NCBI GenBank assembly: GCA_002269645.1
Contig: NIVC01003961.1
Span: forward strand, 1 to 64,000
Direction of reading: 5' to 3'
Length of the DNA stretch: 64,000 bases
From: Macrostomum lignano
Taxonomy: Eukaryota
The number at the start of each line of letters is the position of its first letter. Positions within the stretch are counted from its first letter, which is position 1. The translations under genes and the position numbers were made by a program. The notes under the pieces were generated by a model that did not search any database, had not been told where the DNA came from, and saw nothing but the letters and a program-made list of their open reading frames with translations. Positions 1 through 15,297 of the stretch are shown piece after piece.

Positions 1-424
1 TTTTGTGCTAAAAAAGCCAGTTGCCAAAAGATGAAAATAGATAGAAGACAAATCCTACTGCCTACTCGCGAGTAGTGTAGTGAAAATACAATTATAATTT
101 TGCAAATCTGTTATTCTGCTTTGTCGGTTAAACACTTGATTGCTTCCTGTTTTGCCTTCTTCATATTATCCTGATTAATATTGATTGCAATTGCATTCAG
201 ACTGCCTCTTTAAATGTTATGAGCGTATTCTTATTTCCTCTGATTAGCTGTTTGCAATAAAAATAATAAAAAATAAGGTATATGTAATCGTAAAAATATT
301 TCACTGCTTCTTTGCAACCGAGGCTAACTTTTGCTTGTAAACTAATATCTGACATTTGGTCTTTTTATTCTATTTATTTCTAGTACGTTGGAATTTATCT
401 AATCATCATGCTTCTAAAAACATT

Positions 425-662
425 CAGTTGCTAGGTCAGCCTTTCAGATCTTCAGTTGCTGGGTCAGCCTCCCAGATCCTAAGTTGCTGGTCCACCGCCA
501 GCCTCCCAGATCCTCAGTTGCTGGTCCACCGCCAGCCTCCCAGATCCTCAGTTGCTGGGCCAGCCTCCCAGATCCTCAGTTGCTGGACCAGCCTTTCAGA
601 TCCTCAGTTGCTGGACCAGCCTTTCAGATGCTCAGTTGCTGGGCCAGCCTCCCAGATCCTCA
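425..662. repeat. Short minisatellite, 28-bp unit with a 34-bp variant (CAGTTGCTGGGCCAGCCTCCCAGATCCT)
   Basis: About 8 tandem copies are visible; they explain the ORFs at 356..688 and 484..702. Confidence 0.9.
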
Positions 663-1104
663 GACAAAGCCGTTACTCCCTGTCCTAAGCCCTCCCTTCT
701 GATTCTTGAGCGTCTGTACTGTTGAAAGACGCTTCGAAAGTGCAAGACGCTTTAAATCTTCTTGTTACAGCACAGGTGCGAGCTAAAATGAAATTTGAGA
801 ATCAATAAAATCCAAGGAAGAATACGTTTAAAAACAAACTTGGAGGCAGTCAATTCTGCGAATGAAAAACCTTTCTTTTACAATTTTATTGAGTTATATA
901 GTAAATCAGATAAAATAGTTTTCTTAGCGACCGAGGAAAAAATTTGAGCAGCAGTTAATTGAATCTGCGATAATTGAGAAATCAATTCAAATCAAAGCTA
1001 GAAAACCAGCGTGTAAGATACTCGCAAATTAATAGGAAGGGGGGGTACATGTGTACGTGTGTTTTGGAGTTTCTGAGGTGGAGACGGACAGCTATTTGAA
1101 GGAT

Positions 1105-3546
1105 TTGGGGGTATTTTAACGAGTTAGGGTATTTTTGAGGAGATAAGGTACTTGGAGAAAGCTGGGGTATTTTTGAGGAGATAAGGTACTTGGAGAAAGC
1201 TGGGGTATTTTTGAGGAGATAAGGTACTTGGAGAAAGCTGGGGTATTTTGAGGAGATAAGGTACTTGGAGAAAGCTGGGGTATTTTTGAGGAGATAAGGT
1301 ACTTGGAGAAAGCTGGGTATTTTGGGGAGATAAGTTACTTGGAGAAAAGCTGGGGTATTTTGAGGAGATAAGGTACTTGGAGAAAGCTGGGGTATTTTGA
1401 GGAGATAAGGTACTTGGAGAAAGCTGGGGTATTTTTGAGGAGATAAGGTACTTGGAGAAAGCTGGGGTATTTTTGAGGAGATAAGGTACTTGGAGAAAGC
1501 TGGGGTATTTTTGAGGAGATAAGGTACTTGGAGAAAGCTGGGGTATTTTTGAGGAGATAAGGTACTTGGAGAAAGCTGGGGTATTTTTGAGGAGATAAGG
1601 TACTTGGAGAAAGCTGGGGTATTTTTGAGAAGATAAGGTACTTGGAGAAAGCTGGGGTATTTTTGAGGAGATAAGGTACTTGGAGAAAGCTGGGGTATTT
1701 TTGAGGAGATAAGGTACTTGGAGAAAGCTGGGGTATTTTGAGGAGATAAGGTACTTGGAGAAAGCTGGGGTATTTTTGAGGAGATAAGGTACTTGGAGAA
1801 AGCTGGGGTATTTTGAGGAGATAAGGTACTTGGAGAAAGCTGGGGTATTTTTGAGGAGATAAGGTACTTGGAGAAAGCTGGGGTATTTTGAGGAGATAAG
1901 GTACTTGGAGAAAGCTGGGGTATTTTGAGGAGATAAGGTACTTGGAGAAAGCTGGGGTATTTTGAGGAGATAAGGTACTTGGAGAAAGCTGGGGTATTTT
2001 GAGGAGATAAGGTACTTGGAGAAAGCTGGGGTATTTTTGAGGAGATAAGGTACTTGGAGAAAGCTGGGGTATTTTGAGGAGATAAGGTACTTGGAGAAAG
2101 CTGGGGTATTTTTGAGGAGATAAGGTACTTGGAGAAAGCTGGGGTATTTTTGAGGAGATAAGGTACTTGGAGAAAGCTGGGGTATTTTTGAGGAGATAAG
2201 GTACTTGGAGAAAGCTGGGGTATTTTTGAGGAGATAAGGTACTTGGAGAAAGCTGGGGTATTTTTGAGGAGATAAGGTACTTGGAGAAAGCTGGGGTATT
2301 TTTGAGGAGATAAGGTACTTGGAGAAAGCTGGGGTATTTTTGAGAAGATAAGGTACTTGGAGAAAGCTGGGGTATTTTTGAGGAGATAAGGTACTTGGAG
2401 AAAGCTGGGGTATTTTTGAGGAGATAAGGTACTTGGAGAAAGCTGGGGTATTTTTGAGGAGATAAGGTACTTGGAGAAAGCTGGGGTATTTTTGAGGAGA
2501 TAAGGTACTTGGAGAAAGCTGGGGTATTTTGAGGAGATAAGGTACTTGGAGAAAGCTGGGGTATTTTTGAGGAGATAAGGTACTTGGAGAAAGCTGGGGT
2601 ATTTTTGAGGAGATAAGGTACTTGGAGAAAGCTGGGGTATTTTTGAGGAGATAAGGTACTTGGAGAAAGCTGGGGTATTTTTGAGGAGATAAGGTACTTG
2701 GAGAAAGCTGGGGTATTTTGAGGAGATAAGGTACTTGGAGAAAGCTGGGGTATTTTTGAGGAGATAAGGTACTTGGAGAAAGCTGGGGTATTTTGAGGAG
2801 ATAAGGTACTTGGAGAAAGCTGGGGTATTTTTGAGGAGATAAGGTACTTGGAGAAAGCTGGGGTATTTTGAGGAGATAAGGTACTTGGAGAAAGCTGGGG
2901 TATTTTTGAGGAGATAAGGTACTTGGAGAAAGCTGGGGTATTTTGAGGAGATAAGGTACTTGGAGAAAGCTGGGGTATTTTTGAGGAGATAAGGTACTTG
3001 GAGAAAGCTGGGGTATTTTTGAGGAGATAAGGTACTTGGAGAAAGCTGGGGTATTTTTGAGAAGATAAGGTACTTGGAGAAAGCTGGGGTATTTTTGAGG
3101 AGATAAGGTACTTGGAGAAAGCTGGGGTATTTTTGAGGAGATAAGGTACTTGGAGAAAGCTGGGTATTTTGAGGAGATAAGGTACTTGGAGAAAGCTGGG
3201 GTATTTTTGAGGAGATAAGGTACTTGGAGAAAGCTGGGGTATTTTGAGGAGATAAGGTACTTGGAGAAAGCTGGGGTATTTTTGAGGAGATAAGGTACTT
3301 GGAGAAAGCTGGGGTATTTTGAGGAGATAAGGTACTTGGAGAAAGCTGGGGTATTTTTGAGGAGATAAGGTACTTGGAGAAAGCTGGGGTATTTTTGAGG
3401 AAATAAGGTACTTGGAGAAAGCTGGGGTATTTTGAGGAGATAAGGTACTTGGAGAAAGCTGGGGTATTTTGAGGAGATAAGGTACTTGGAGAAAGCTGGG
3501 GTATTTTTGAGGAGATAAGGTACTTGGAGAAAGCTGGGGCATTTTG
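1105..3546. repeat. Minisatellite, 36/37-bp unit GAGGAGATAAGGTACTTGGAGAAAGCTGGGGTATTTT(T), about 65 copies
   Basis: Direct reading. Unit length varies by one T, so any reading frame shifts. The left edge is degenerate. Confidence 0.97.
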
Positions 3547-4797
3547 ACGATCTGGTGTATATGGACGAGTTGCGGTATTTGGAGGGGTATTCTGGGGAGC
3601 TGGGCACAGCAATAATCAGAGCCAATAGACATGTACGGTACACAGCAATCATCGGCTCCCGCCAGTCGCAGGGAAATGCAGAGGTGCTCAAACGCGCGCA
3701 CAGCGCGCAAAGCAGACAAAATTAGTCCAAGGTTTGTAACTCTGGCTAGAAAAAGCAGTTGGATTGGTGGGTGATAGATAAATGTATGGGGATTGCTGCA
3801 GCTACAGGCAAAATGTTTACCACAGTCTAAAACGGCTACTGAAAATCTAAACCGAAATTCTAAACAAAACTTTAAAAGATAAATAATAGAACTACTTATA
3901 CTGTAATTTTGCTTCTCAAATCAGTGGATCAATCACAGAAAGTTATAAAAATAGTTGAAAAATCACCCATTGAGGAATAACGGAAAGCTCGTTGCAGATA
4001 ATAGACTTTTAGAAATAGAAACCATCTTCAATTCTGTTACCTTCACTCTCTCCTGCTCAGGCTTCCGTTTGACAAATTTGACAATGAAGGCTGCGCATTT
4101 CATGTCCTTTTGAGACGAAAACTCTGAAAATCAGTCCAGAAATGTCCCAGAGTTTTCCATCATTCTCTCCTTGCGCTCTGATGTGCCAGCGGCCCAGGCT
4201 CGATTCCAAGTGCAGTCACATTAATCTGGGGCTAAATTGGAATCTCGGCTTGGCTCTGCTAGTGCAATTAACGCCCTTAAGGGCCAACCCTCAAGACACA
4301 GTGAAGTGTACATGCCGAACGATAAATAAAGCTAGGACCGCTGTACACTCCTGTGTGAGTGTGCCTGTGCGTATGACTGCGTACGTATCCGCGCGCTTGT
4401 GTGCCTGCTCAGGGGAGTCGGCGGAATGGGCAGCAATGCCTCTCGCCGGTTGTGCGACAAAGTCGCTTGAAGTGCGCCAGAGTGCACACAGCCCCCTTGT
4501 ATCCACGATCTAATATAAAAATCAGCTTAGGAGAGTTCGTCTACTGATAAAAGTAGAAAGTGTAGAATGTGGTGCTAAAAGTTTGCACGGCGAGCTGAGT
4601 TTTCGCCATGCTGGACAGTGCAAAGATTTAATAGATTTCTGTTCTCTTTAAACCCTATAGCTGACTGAGAATGACTGACTGGGGCTGTAACAGAGACCTA
4701 AGCAAGCCGCCCCCCATGTACACACACGAGTAGGTCTCGTAAGTATAGGTTGAAGCGAGTAGGTTGAAGTCATTGAATTCTGAGTCATTAGGCCAGG

Positions 4798-7596
<2,799 letters not shown>

Positions 7597-10231
7597 TGTT
7601 GTTGAGGAACTTTTGTGCTTAGCAGTCAACAGTAACTGTTGAAGAGGTTTAAGTAATTATTGCCGCGCTGAAAAAAAGGATTGTTCTAGCTAAAAATATT
7701 TGCATAGAATTCTTAGGAAATAAATTTTTTTTTCGCAGTGTTGGCTGGAAATCAATAGATTATCAAATGGCAAATTAGTCAGTTCAAATGTGAATTAAAA
7801 ATGCACGAATATATAGATAAATATGATATTTCACATTTAACTTACATTTACTACTATAATACCTTATAAATATTTACCTTACGCTGGTAAATTTACATGT
7901 GCAAGGCTAACTAACAGAGATGGAATTATGACGCGAAAAGGAATTTTATTACCTTTAGCATAAATATTTCTGGGCTTTCAAATATAACTTTATTATCTGA
8001 CAAAAATTAATATAGCAGGTGTAAAATAGTAAATACAGGTAATAATATTAATGGAACAGTGTTACAAGGCATCTATAAAAACACAGAACAATATAATCCA
8101 ATCAAAAAGTAAAATTTTAAAGGCTAAGAAATCTATTTTTTGATAAAATTAAGAACCTCTGGATCAATTATTGTGCCTTGAGTAGCCTAAATATATAAGG
8201 CTTCTAAATTCGTAAAAATTAATTGCAACATAAGGCTATTACGAAAGCATTTAATAGTAATATTGTCATTTTCAGAACACTCATTTAGCCATAAGAGTAA
8301 GAAAAGGTGAAACTGTAACACATTGCAATAACTCCAACAACGAGAGAGGACTCTGGGTTTGCTTACTTTTGTTTTTCATTGTAAATTTTTAACTATTTAA
8401 TTTTAAGACGATGCGTGATATTCTCTCTCAAATTTTTTTAAATATAACATTTAGGTTAAGAAGCCGAAGCCAAGGTAATCCAGTTCACGAGTTCAATCCT
8501 TTCCAAAAATCTATCAGAGTTCTGCGTTACTTACAAATAATTTCAATAAAATCCTAAGTTGAATCCGTGCGCATTTTTGTTTACCCTGATTGTCCTAGAG
8601 AGCAAGCAGTATATTAAATTTCGTGATAAACGACTTTGAAGGAATTACTTTCACTGTAAAATTCAATAACTTGTATTTTTGCCAGAAAATTGGCCTCTAA
8701 AAATAGCAGTCTTTAGGTTTTACAGCTGTACGTGCTGTTATACATGGCGAAGCGCATGGCAAGTTTATTTTTACGCGTAGATCCCTCAAAAGAGTAAATT
8801 GTAAGAGTACGTCAGAGTTAATCATGCAAGGTAAATTTAGGCCATTGATCCTCGCAGCACTGTAGCGGCACAAGGACGACTAATTATTTATCGTCTTTCT
8901 TACTACGGTAAGTCCGGTAAGTTAGTTGGTTAGTAAGTAGTCCTAAAGCGGCCAGAATCCGGCATCGGATGGTACCGCAGATATCCCACGTACTGGTGCA
9001 GCCGGTACATGCTATATAGCTTGCTATTAGCTGCATACTAGGACCGACCTGCAGCTCTGGCCAAACTGATCGCCTTCAGCGGAGCGAGGTTGAACTTGAA
9101 GTTATTTTCTGATGTCTCGCACACAGTCGAACAATATTGCGGATGAATCGCTTAGTTCTTAAGACGCCTTAGTGTATAGCTGTTCACGTCGGTCGAGTAC
9201 ATGTAAAGGCCGGGAAGCGAGGAAGTTGCCGAATTGTTTCAACCCCTTCCAATGGCGACGAGCGTAAAATGCATAATTCAGTGTGAAAATGGATGATAAT
9301 AAAAATAATTAATCCATATATTCATTCCAATGGCTAAATAATCAGAGCAATGTTATTAAGACACTTGATGCCTCCTAAACCTGCTGCAGTTTATTCACTT
9401 CCATGGTTTAAGCATGCAGAACATCGATCGGGGTGCTTTCACAACGTACGTCGAAAACTCGAATAGCAGCTACTTTTACAACTGCAGTTCGAAACTTCGT
9501 AAGCTCGAAATTTTACAACTCCGAAAACTGAATACGCTCGTATAGCAACAAACCATTGCAGTTTTCGGTGAAATTTTACTCAACAACATTACTTATCATT
9601 ACTTAATTTTATCAACAAGCTAACAAGAAACTGACAGTGAGCTCTGCATTGGAGTGTGATGTACGGACTGGTGTAATAGGCATGCTTTTTTTACATGCCA
9701 GTATCATTTCAGGAAAATCACATTTGATTGTGATGTACATGTAACCTGGGGAATGATAACTCAGAGCTATGGCCCGAGGTACTGATGCCAGGGTAGAAGG
9801 GGATCAGACCTCACCCTCCCCAGGGGCACCCACCCTAGATGGAGAACTGGTGGCTTGGGTTGTGGTCCGATAGCAAGGTCCGACTGTTCTAATCCCAACT
9901 ACGGCCCATGAGTTTTGAAGATAGGGACTGCTTAAAGTACATGTAGTTCTGCCATCACCCCTAATAATAATTACATTAATAATACCCCTAATAATAATTA
10001 CATTACAGAATAATAATTACATTAATACATCTGAAATCTCCTTACGATCTGCCAGCAGCTTCAGTTTTGTATCCCTGCAGTCCTAGCCTTCTCACTAGCC
10101 TGTATGCTTAAAAGATTAATAAATTAAAGCAGGATAACTGGGTTATGATTTTCATCTGATAGTTAAGTAGCTCAGCTGCAGATACTACAATACTACTCGA
10201 GAATGAATGATTGAATTGTTGCAAAGCGGGA

Positions 10232-10344
10232 TAGGGATCCCGATGGTCAATTCCGGGATTTTCGAATCCCGGACAAGTGTGATCCCGGGATTTAGAATCC
10301 CGGGATTTGGGCCTAATTCCGAGATCCTGGGATTGTATTCACTA
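10232..10344. mobile_element. Possible hAT-type MITE remnant with clustered ATCCCGGGAT motifs
   Basis: Repeated CCCGGGAT/ATCCC motifs lie between TAGGGAT and CACTA ends. No TSD found. Confidence 0.3.
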
Positions 10345-11468
10345 TAGGTAGATTGTGTAAATGGTTTTGGAAGTAGACAATGATTAATTTTTCACGAGTG
10401 GCGAAGTGGCGAAGCCAACCATTGCATGAAATTAGACACAACTAAACCATTGCATGAAACGACTCTAACCAATAAGCGGTCTTGTGCCATTGTAACACGA
10501 TTTAAATGTGTAAAAGCGTGCTTAAATGGCCCGTGATCGCGTATTGGCTATAGAGTCATTTAACGCACGAGATATATATGTTGTGATTACAATGCTGGTT
10601 CTTCTTGCTATGTTATGGCCACATACGAGTATGGCCACATGTCTATGGCCACTCGTACGCTCTACCTGTTCGCCTTATCTATTTGATCCCAAGTGTTAAA
10701 ACATGTGGAGATTATCAGTAGCTTATATTCCCCTACCATAGACAGCGGAATTCTTCTTTTGGTATCGGTGCATTATAACATCTATATCCGTTGATCTCCG
10801 CTCCCTGTACAGATCCATCGCGGCTCACAGGCCGTGAATCCCATTAAAATATTGCACTTAAATTCAGAGATACTCTATGGCACAAACTCCAAAGAACTGA
10901 ACCTCCTCGTTTCAGTGTATTATATATTTAAAACCACTTCGCGCCCAAGCTTGGTTCTGTAAGATGGCTTAAAAGCCCAAAGGCCTGCAGAGCAGTCCAT
11001 AGACAAATTTGTCTTTTTTGCTGAATCGAGTGCACACCCTAGAAGCCCAGAAGTAAAGTATATTGTAGTGTTACTCCTTCTCGGGTTCTTTAAGATGTTC
11101 CTAGCAAATAGAACCCGCTGCTCCTGAAGAAGCTAGATAGCACCGCAGTACTACCTATCGATTTGCCTGAAAATGAACCTAAAACGTTAGCCGTGACTTG
11201 GTAGGGTTGCTGCCACCTTGGTGTGCGGACTCGACGCGTCGGCAGAGTTGTCTATCCGTCACCTGAAAGAAAAATAACAAAGTCGCTCGGAGCAAAGGCA
11301 AATCTGAAAAATGTCTCGACAGTCGATCGTCTTAGTAGAATGCTGCTCGAACCTGAAAACCTGAAAACCTGAAATGAGAGAGAAGAGCTCGGAGGCAGAG
11401 GCAGCTCCAATCGAGGAAGCTCCCGAACGCGGCTCACGATCTGGAGAAAATGGCTCGCAGATGCTCCG

Positions 11469-11623
11469 TATTTATAGCCGAGCGGACCCCCAAAAGTCAC
11501 GTGAGTTTCATGCGGTGAGCGCGTGAAACTTCCTTATTTGGTTACTAAAATCATGCGAGCGACGCGTGATTCAAGGCCAACTTCCAAATAAGGCAACCCT
11601 GCACGCAGCAGTGGCGTGACTCA
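11469..11623 (-). promoter_or_regulatory. Candidate serum-response/immediate-early-type Pol II promoter: TATA, two ETS+CArG composites and AP-1-like sites
   Basis: TATAAATA on the minus strand at 11469-11476. TCACGTGA at 11497-11504. CArG boxes CCTTATTTGG (11532-11541) and CCAAATAAGG (11584-11593), each overlapped by AACTTCC (ETS core). TGATTCA at 11567 and TGACTCA at 11617. Confidence 0.55.
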
Positions 11624-12471
11624 AGGTCAGTGGCCACGCTCCAGCTAAGAAGACAGTATTTTGCTGCAGCCAATGTCCCGGAAATCCTGGTCTCTGTCCA
11701 GATCCATGCTAATTCATCCACGCTTTAATTCCCCTTTAACATTTCCCATTTGAGTGAAAACACAATGGAAATGCATAATGGACGTCTTTAAATCAGTCAT
11801 GGCCTGCACAGCAGGCCATACTGGGCACTTGCTTTAGTGATTGGGATATGGTTTTTGATGCCATAGACATTTTTCAATCTCTGGGTTTCTGGGCCGTTTC
11901 GGTATGGCCTGCAGTGCAGGCCTTTGGCTTCCAAATGGTTAAGCACTCAAAACCACAGATTTATACCTAAGGTATATTAATACCCATGCTGCAAGAATGA
12001 AAACGAGAAGTTGGGGTGTGAGGGGCGAGCCCCCCACATTCCAACCATAGACATTTCCACTTCAATGTAGGCTTAAATGTACGGTATTAAAGGGATGAAT
12101 TAAGTCGCAGGCAAAAAGGTCATATAGAATCTGTGCTCAAAACCGACTATTCAACTCCTCAGTTGAGCACGCTTTTGACGTTTAATGCACGCTTTTTCAT
12201 ATTTGAATTGTGTTACAATGGACGTTTCGGGCACGCTTTTCCCCGCCAATGCGTTGTCTAATTATATTTGATGGTTGGACTGCGTCAACAAACGCTCGAA
12301 TGGCGCTATTTGATCAATCTGTCATCAAGCAAGCAAATGCAAATGCATGCATTATATTTTCATGGCTAGTCAGGCTGCTTCAATTCAGTCTAGTCAGCCT
12401 TGTTTTTGTAAGGGACTTTAACTCAAACAACTTCGCTACTCGGACCGGAAAAACGAGACAACTTATTGCCC

Positions 12472-12478
12472 TATAAAT
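12472..12478 (+). promoter_or_regulatory. TATA box of the secreted E/K/H-rich protein gene
   Basis: TATAAAT lies about 80 nt upstream of the ATG at 12556, consistent with a short 5' UTR. Confidence 0.55.
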
Positions 12479-12555
12479 TTGCAGACCTCGTCTCCGACTC
12501 TGGTGACTTTCGCCGACGACGATTCACATACTCGACGACTCGCTCAATAGCAACC

Positions 12556-13653
12556 ATGAAGTGGCAGCTCGCTCTCGGATTTTTGCTGTGCGCAGCCCTG
12601 GCTGCCCAGGCCGCAAACTCCGGCAATCGTGAACAAGCTCAGGAGCACGAAAAGGAGCACGAGGAGAAGAGGGAGCTCGAGAAGGAGCGCGAAAAGGCGC
12701 ACGAGGAGAAGAGGGAGCTCGAGAAGGAGCACGAAAAGGAGCGCGAGGAGCGCGAGGAACTCGAGAAGGAGCGCGAAAAGCAAGACGACGAGCACGAGGA
12801 GGTCGACCAGGAGCGCGAAGAGCTCGAAAAGGAGCGCGAAAAGGCGCACGAGGAGAAGAGGGAGCTCGAGAAGGAGCGTGAAAAGGAGCACGAGGAGCGC
12901 GAGGAGCTCGACAAGGAGCGCGAAAAGCAAGACGAGGAGCGTGAGGAGCTCGACAAGGAGCGCGAAAAGCAGGACGAGGAGCGCGAAGAACTCGACAAGG
13001 AGCGCGAAAAGGAGCACAAGGAGCGCGAAGAGGAGGACGAAGAAGAGCACAAGGACCACAAAGAAAAGCACAAGGTGAAGAAGGAGCTCGAGAAGGCTGA
13101 GGAGGAGCACGAGAAGCACAAGGTGAAGAAGGAGCTCGAGAAGGCTGAGAAGGAGCACGAGAAGCACAAGTTGAAGAAGGTGCTCGAGAAGGCTGAGGAG
13201 GAGCACGAGAAGCACAAGGTGAAGAAGGAGCTCGAGAAGGCTGAGAAGGAGCACGAGAAGCACAAGTTGAAGAAGGTGCTCGAGAAGGCTGAGGAGGAGC
13301 ACAAGGAGCGCAAGGAGCAGAGGGAGCTCGAGAAGGCCGAGAAGGCCGAGAAGGCCGAGAAGGAGCACAAGGAGCGCAAGGAGCAGAGGGAGCTCGAGAA
13401 GGCCGAGAAGGCCGAGAAGGCCGAGAAGGAGCACAAGGAGCGCAAGGAGCAGAGGGAGCTCGAGAAGGCCGAGAAGGCCGAGAAGGCCGAGAAGGAGCAC
13501 AAGGAGCGCAAGGAGCAGAGGGAGCTCGAGAAGGCCGAGAAGGAGCACGAGGAGCACAAGGAGGAGGTAGAAAAGCGCGATGCTATGCTGGAGGCTCTGG
13601 CCAACCTGGACAGTTTCAACATGCTGGAGGAGAGGGCCGAGAACCTCAACTAG
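12556..13653 (+). CDS. Secreted, highly charged Glu/Lys/Arg/His-rich repetitive helical protein, 365 aa, single exon
   Basis: ATG in GCAACCATGA context; signal peptide MKWQLALGFLLCAALAAQA; GC-rich codon usage with synonymous variation among repeats; stop TAG; AATAAA at 13868-13873. Confidence 0.88.
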   Translation: MKWQLALGFLLCAALAAQAANSGNREQAQEHEKEHEEKRELEKEREKAHEEKRELEKEHEKEREEREELEKEREKQDDEHEEVDQEREELEKEREKAHEEKRELEKEREKEHEEREELDKEREKQDEEREELDKEREKQDEEREELDKEREKEHKEREEEDEEEHKDHKEKHKVKKELEKAEEEHEKHKVKKELEKAEKEHEKHKLKKVLEKAEEEHEKHKVKKELEKAEKEHEKHKLKKVLEKAEEEHKERKEQRELEKAEKAEKAEKEHKERKEQRELEKAEKAEKAEKEHKERKEQRELEKAEKAEKAEKEHKERKEQRELEKAEKEHEEHKEEVEKRDAMLEALANLDSFNMLEERAENLN

Positions 13654-14349
13654 AATTTCATCAATTTTGGGGTTGGTTAGATCGGTCTGCAGTGCAGCTG
13701 AGACAGAACGAGCGAAATCGCTCCATTGAAGATTGAGGACCGGCCGTACACCGAAAGCCAACTGTTTGTAACTCTGTTTCCCACATTCATTGCTGAGTGA
13801 CTTACAAATACTTGAGTGTTCTCGTTTGAAACTACAACAACTTTGATTTCCTGATCAGTTAACACCAAATAAAATACTAAAGTGCCCTTAATCTATCGAG
13901 TTTGGTTATTCTTCATTTAGAAATTTTGAATTCAGAATTAAAAAGCTCAGATTGTAGCTATATGAAATTAAATATGATGACTTATAGTAGCACGAAGGTG
14001 CCTGAAGTTGAGTCAGAACATTGGGTCATGGGTCAAGACTAAATCAATTTAAATTACATTACAGACACGTACCACCGGAAATCACATGAACTAGACGCTC
14101 TACATGCATATGGTCCATAGCATATAGATCTCTGGATTAGAGTAGGAACCCCTACACTTGCAAATCGATAAAACTTCTCGTTTGTTGATGAAAACTTTCA
14201 GCTCGAACGAGGCGCACACTTGCGTCCTAGTTTAATTGTCCATTGCACTAGGCTTCATTACATTGTGAGCTCGTTACATATTTTAGACACTAAAATGGTC
14301 TGTGACCAGCATAGTTACAGAGAATACTAAATAATTTTCTTGGGCTGCC

Positions 14350-14750
14350 TTTCGTTCCGTGAGGGCAGTCCTGCAGTCCAAGGCTGTCAGAAAACCGTCC
14401 TGCTGTACAACGCTGAGACCTGGACAGCTGACGGGCTCGCTCGAGCAACAAGTAGGCGCGGCTCGACGCCTTCAAGCTCGATAACGAGCGGGTCTCCAAT
14501 GCGACACTGAATCGCGGCGCCGGCCTGATTCATCGAAGCGACCTGTTGAGCCGTCGGCGACTCCAGCTGGCAGGCCACATCATCCGCGCCGAGTCGTGGC
14601 TCACAGCCGGTGGCACCCTACCGGCGGGGGCAGGCGCGCACTCGGCGTTTCGTCGATTGCCTGCTGGCTGACGCTGGCGCCCTTCTTCGGTCAGCGGCGT
14701 AGGCTTCGTTCGCGGGCTGGCCCAGAAGCGCGCCCTAGCTGTGACGCTGA
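14350..14750 (+). mobile_element. 5'-truncated, degenerate RTE-clade non-LTR retrotransposon (3' end of the RT ORF)
   Basis: Frameshifted translation gives VLLYNAETWT...ERVSNATL...RRRLQLAGHIIRAES...RRGQARTRRFVDCLLAD. This matches the LLYGxETW and RRRLRWxGHxxR motifs of RTE elements. Confidence 0.75.
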
Positions 14751-15297
14751 CTTCCAAAGACCCTGACAGCGTATTTTGTTGTTTGGGTTGTAAATACCAG
14801 CGTATTTAAATACTCAAATATCATCTTTTTCTGTTGGAGCATCATAATTCCTACAGCTTAATCCAGATTTCAACAATTTCTTCAAGATGTTTTACTAGCT
14901 CGGTAAATCAAATTTTAAGCACCAGAAAGAAGCGTACTAGATTTTAATGCCTAGATGAGTTCAAAGACGGGACATTCCCGCGGTCCATCGCCTGAGCTTG
15001 CACGTGAGCTAAATTTGAGTCGGACCTTGCTTCTCAGTAAATAGCGTGAGTAATTAATTGGCTTGTTAGCTGACAGGCTGGACAATCAAATTCATGCGCC
15101 GCTCGATTTTTCTCAGCGCAAGTGTATTCAATTCACTGCACTCTCCCATCTGATTGTTTGCCAAGATGCGAGCCGTGGAGTGCTAGAGCAGATGGGAGTT
15201 CTCGGACTCCATAATGTGTGCGTGCGTTCTTGAGTAAGCTGGAAAGCATGAAAAAAGCATTAGCAAGGCAACGTCTCTTACTGTTGAATCTGCCAGC

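Noticed and set aside
982-3719. Three ~800-aa minus-strand ORFs, one with a signal-peptide-like MIAVYRTCLLALIIAVPSS at 3652
   Set aside because: All three frames are open only because the repeat strand lacks stop codons. The 36/37-bp unit variation shuffles frames at random, which is incompatible with protein-level selection. The hydrophobic start is probably chance.
12466-13761. TTG start at 12466 and the Leu-rich antisense ORFs (12544..13761, 12639..13649)
   Set aside because: The ATG at 12556 directly begins the signal peptide and lies downstream of the TATA. The antisense ORFs mirror the GAG/AAG-rich sense strand.
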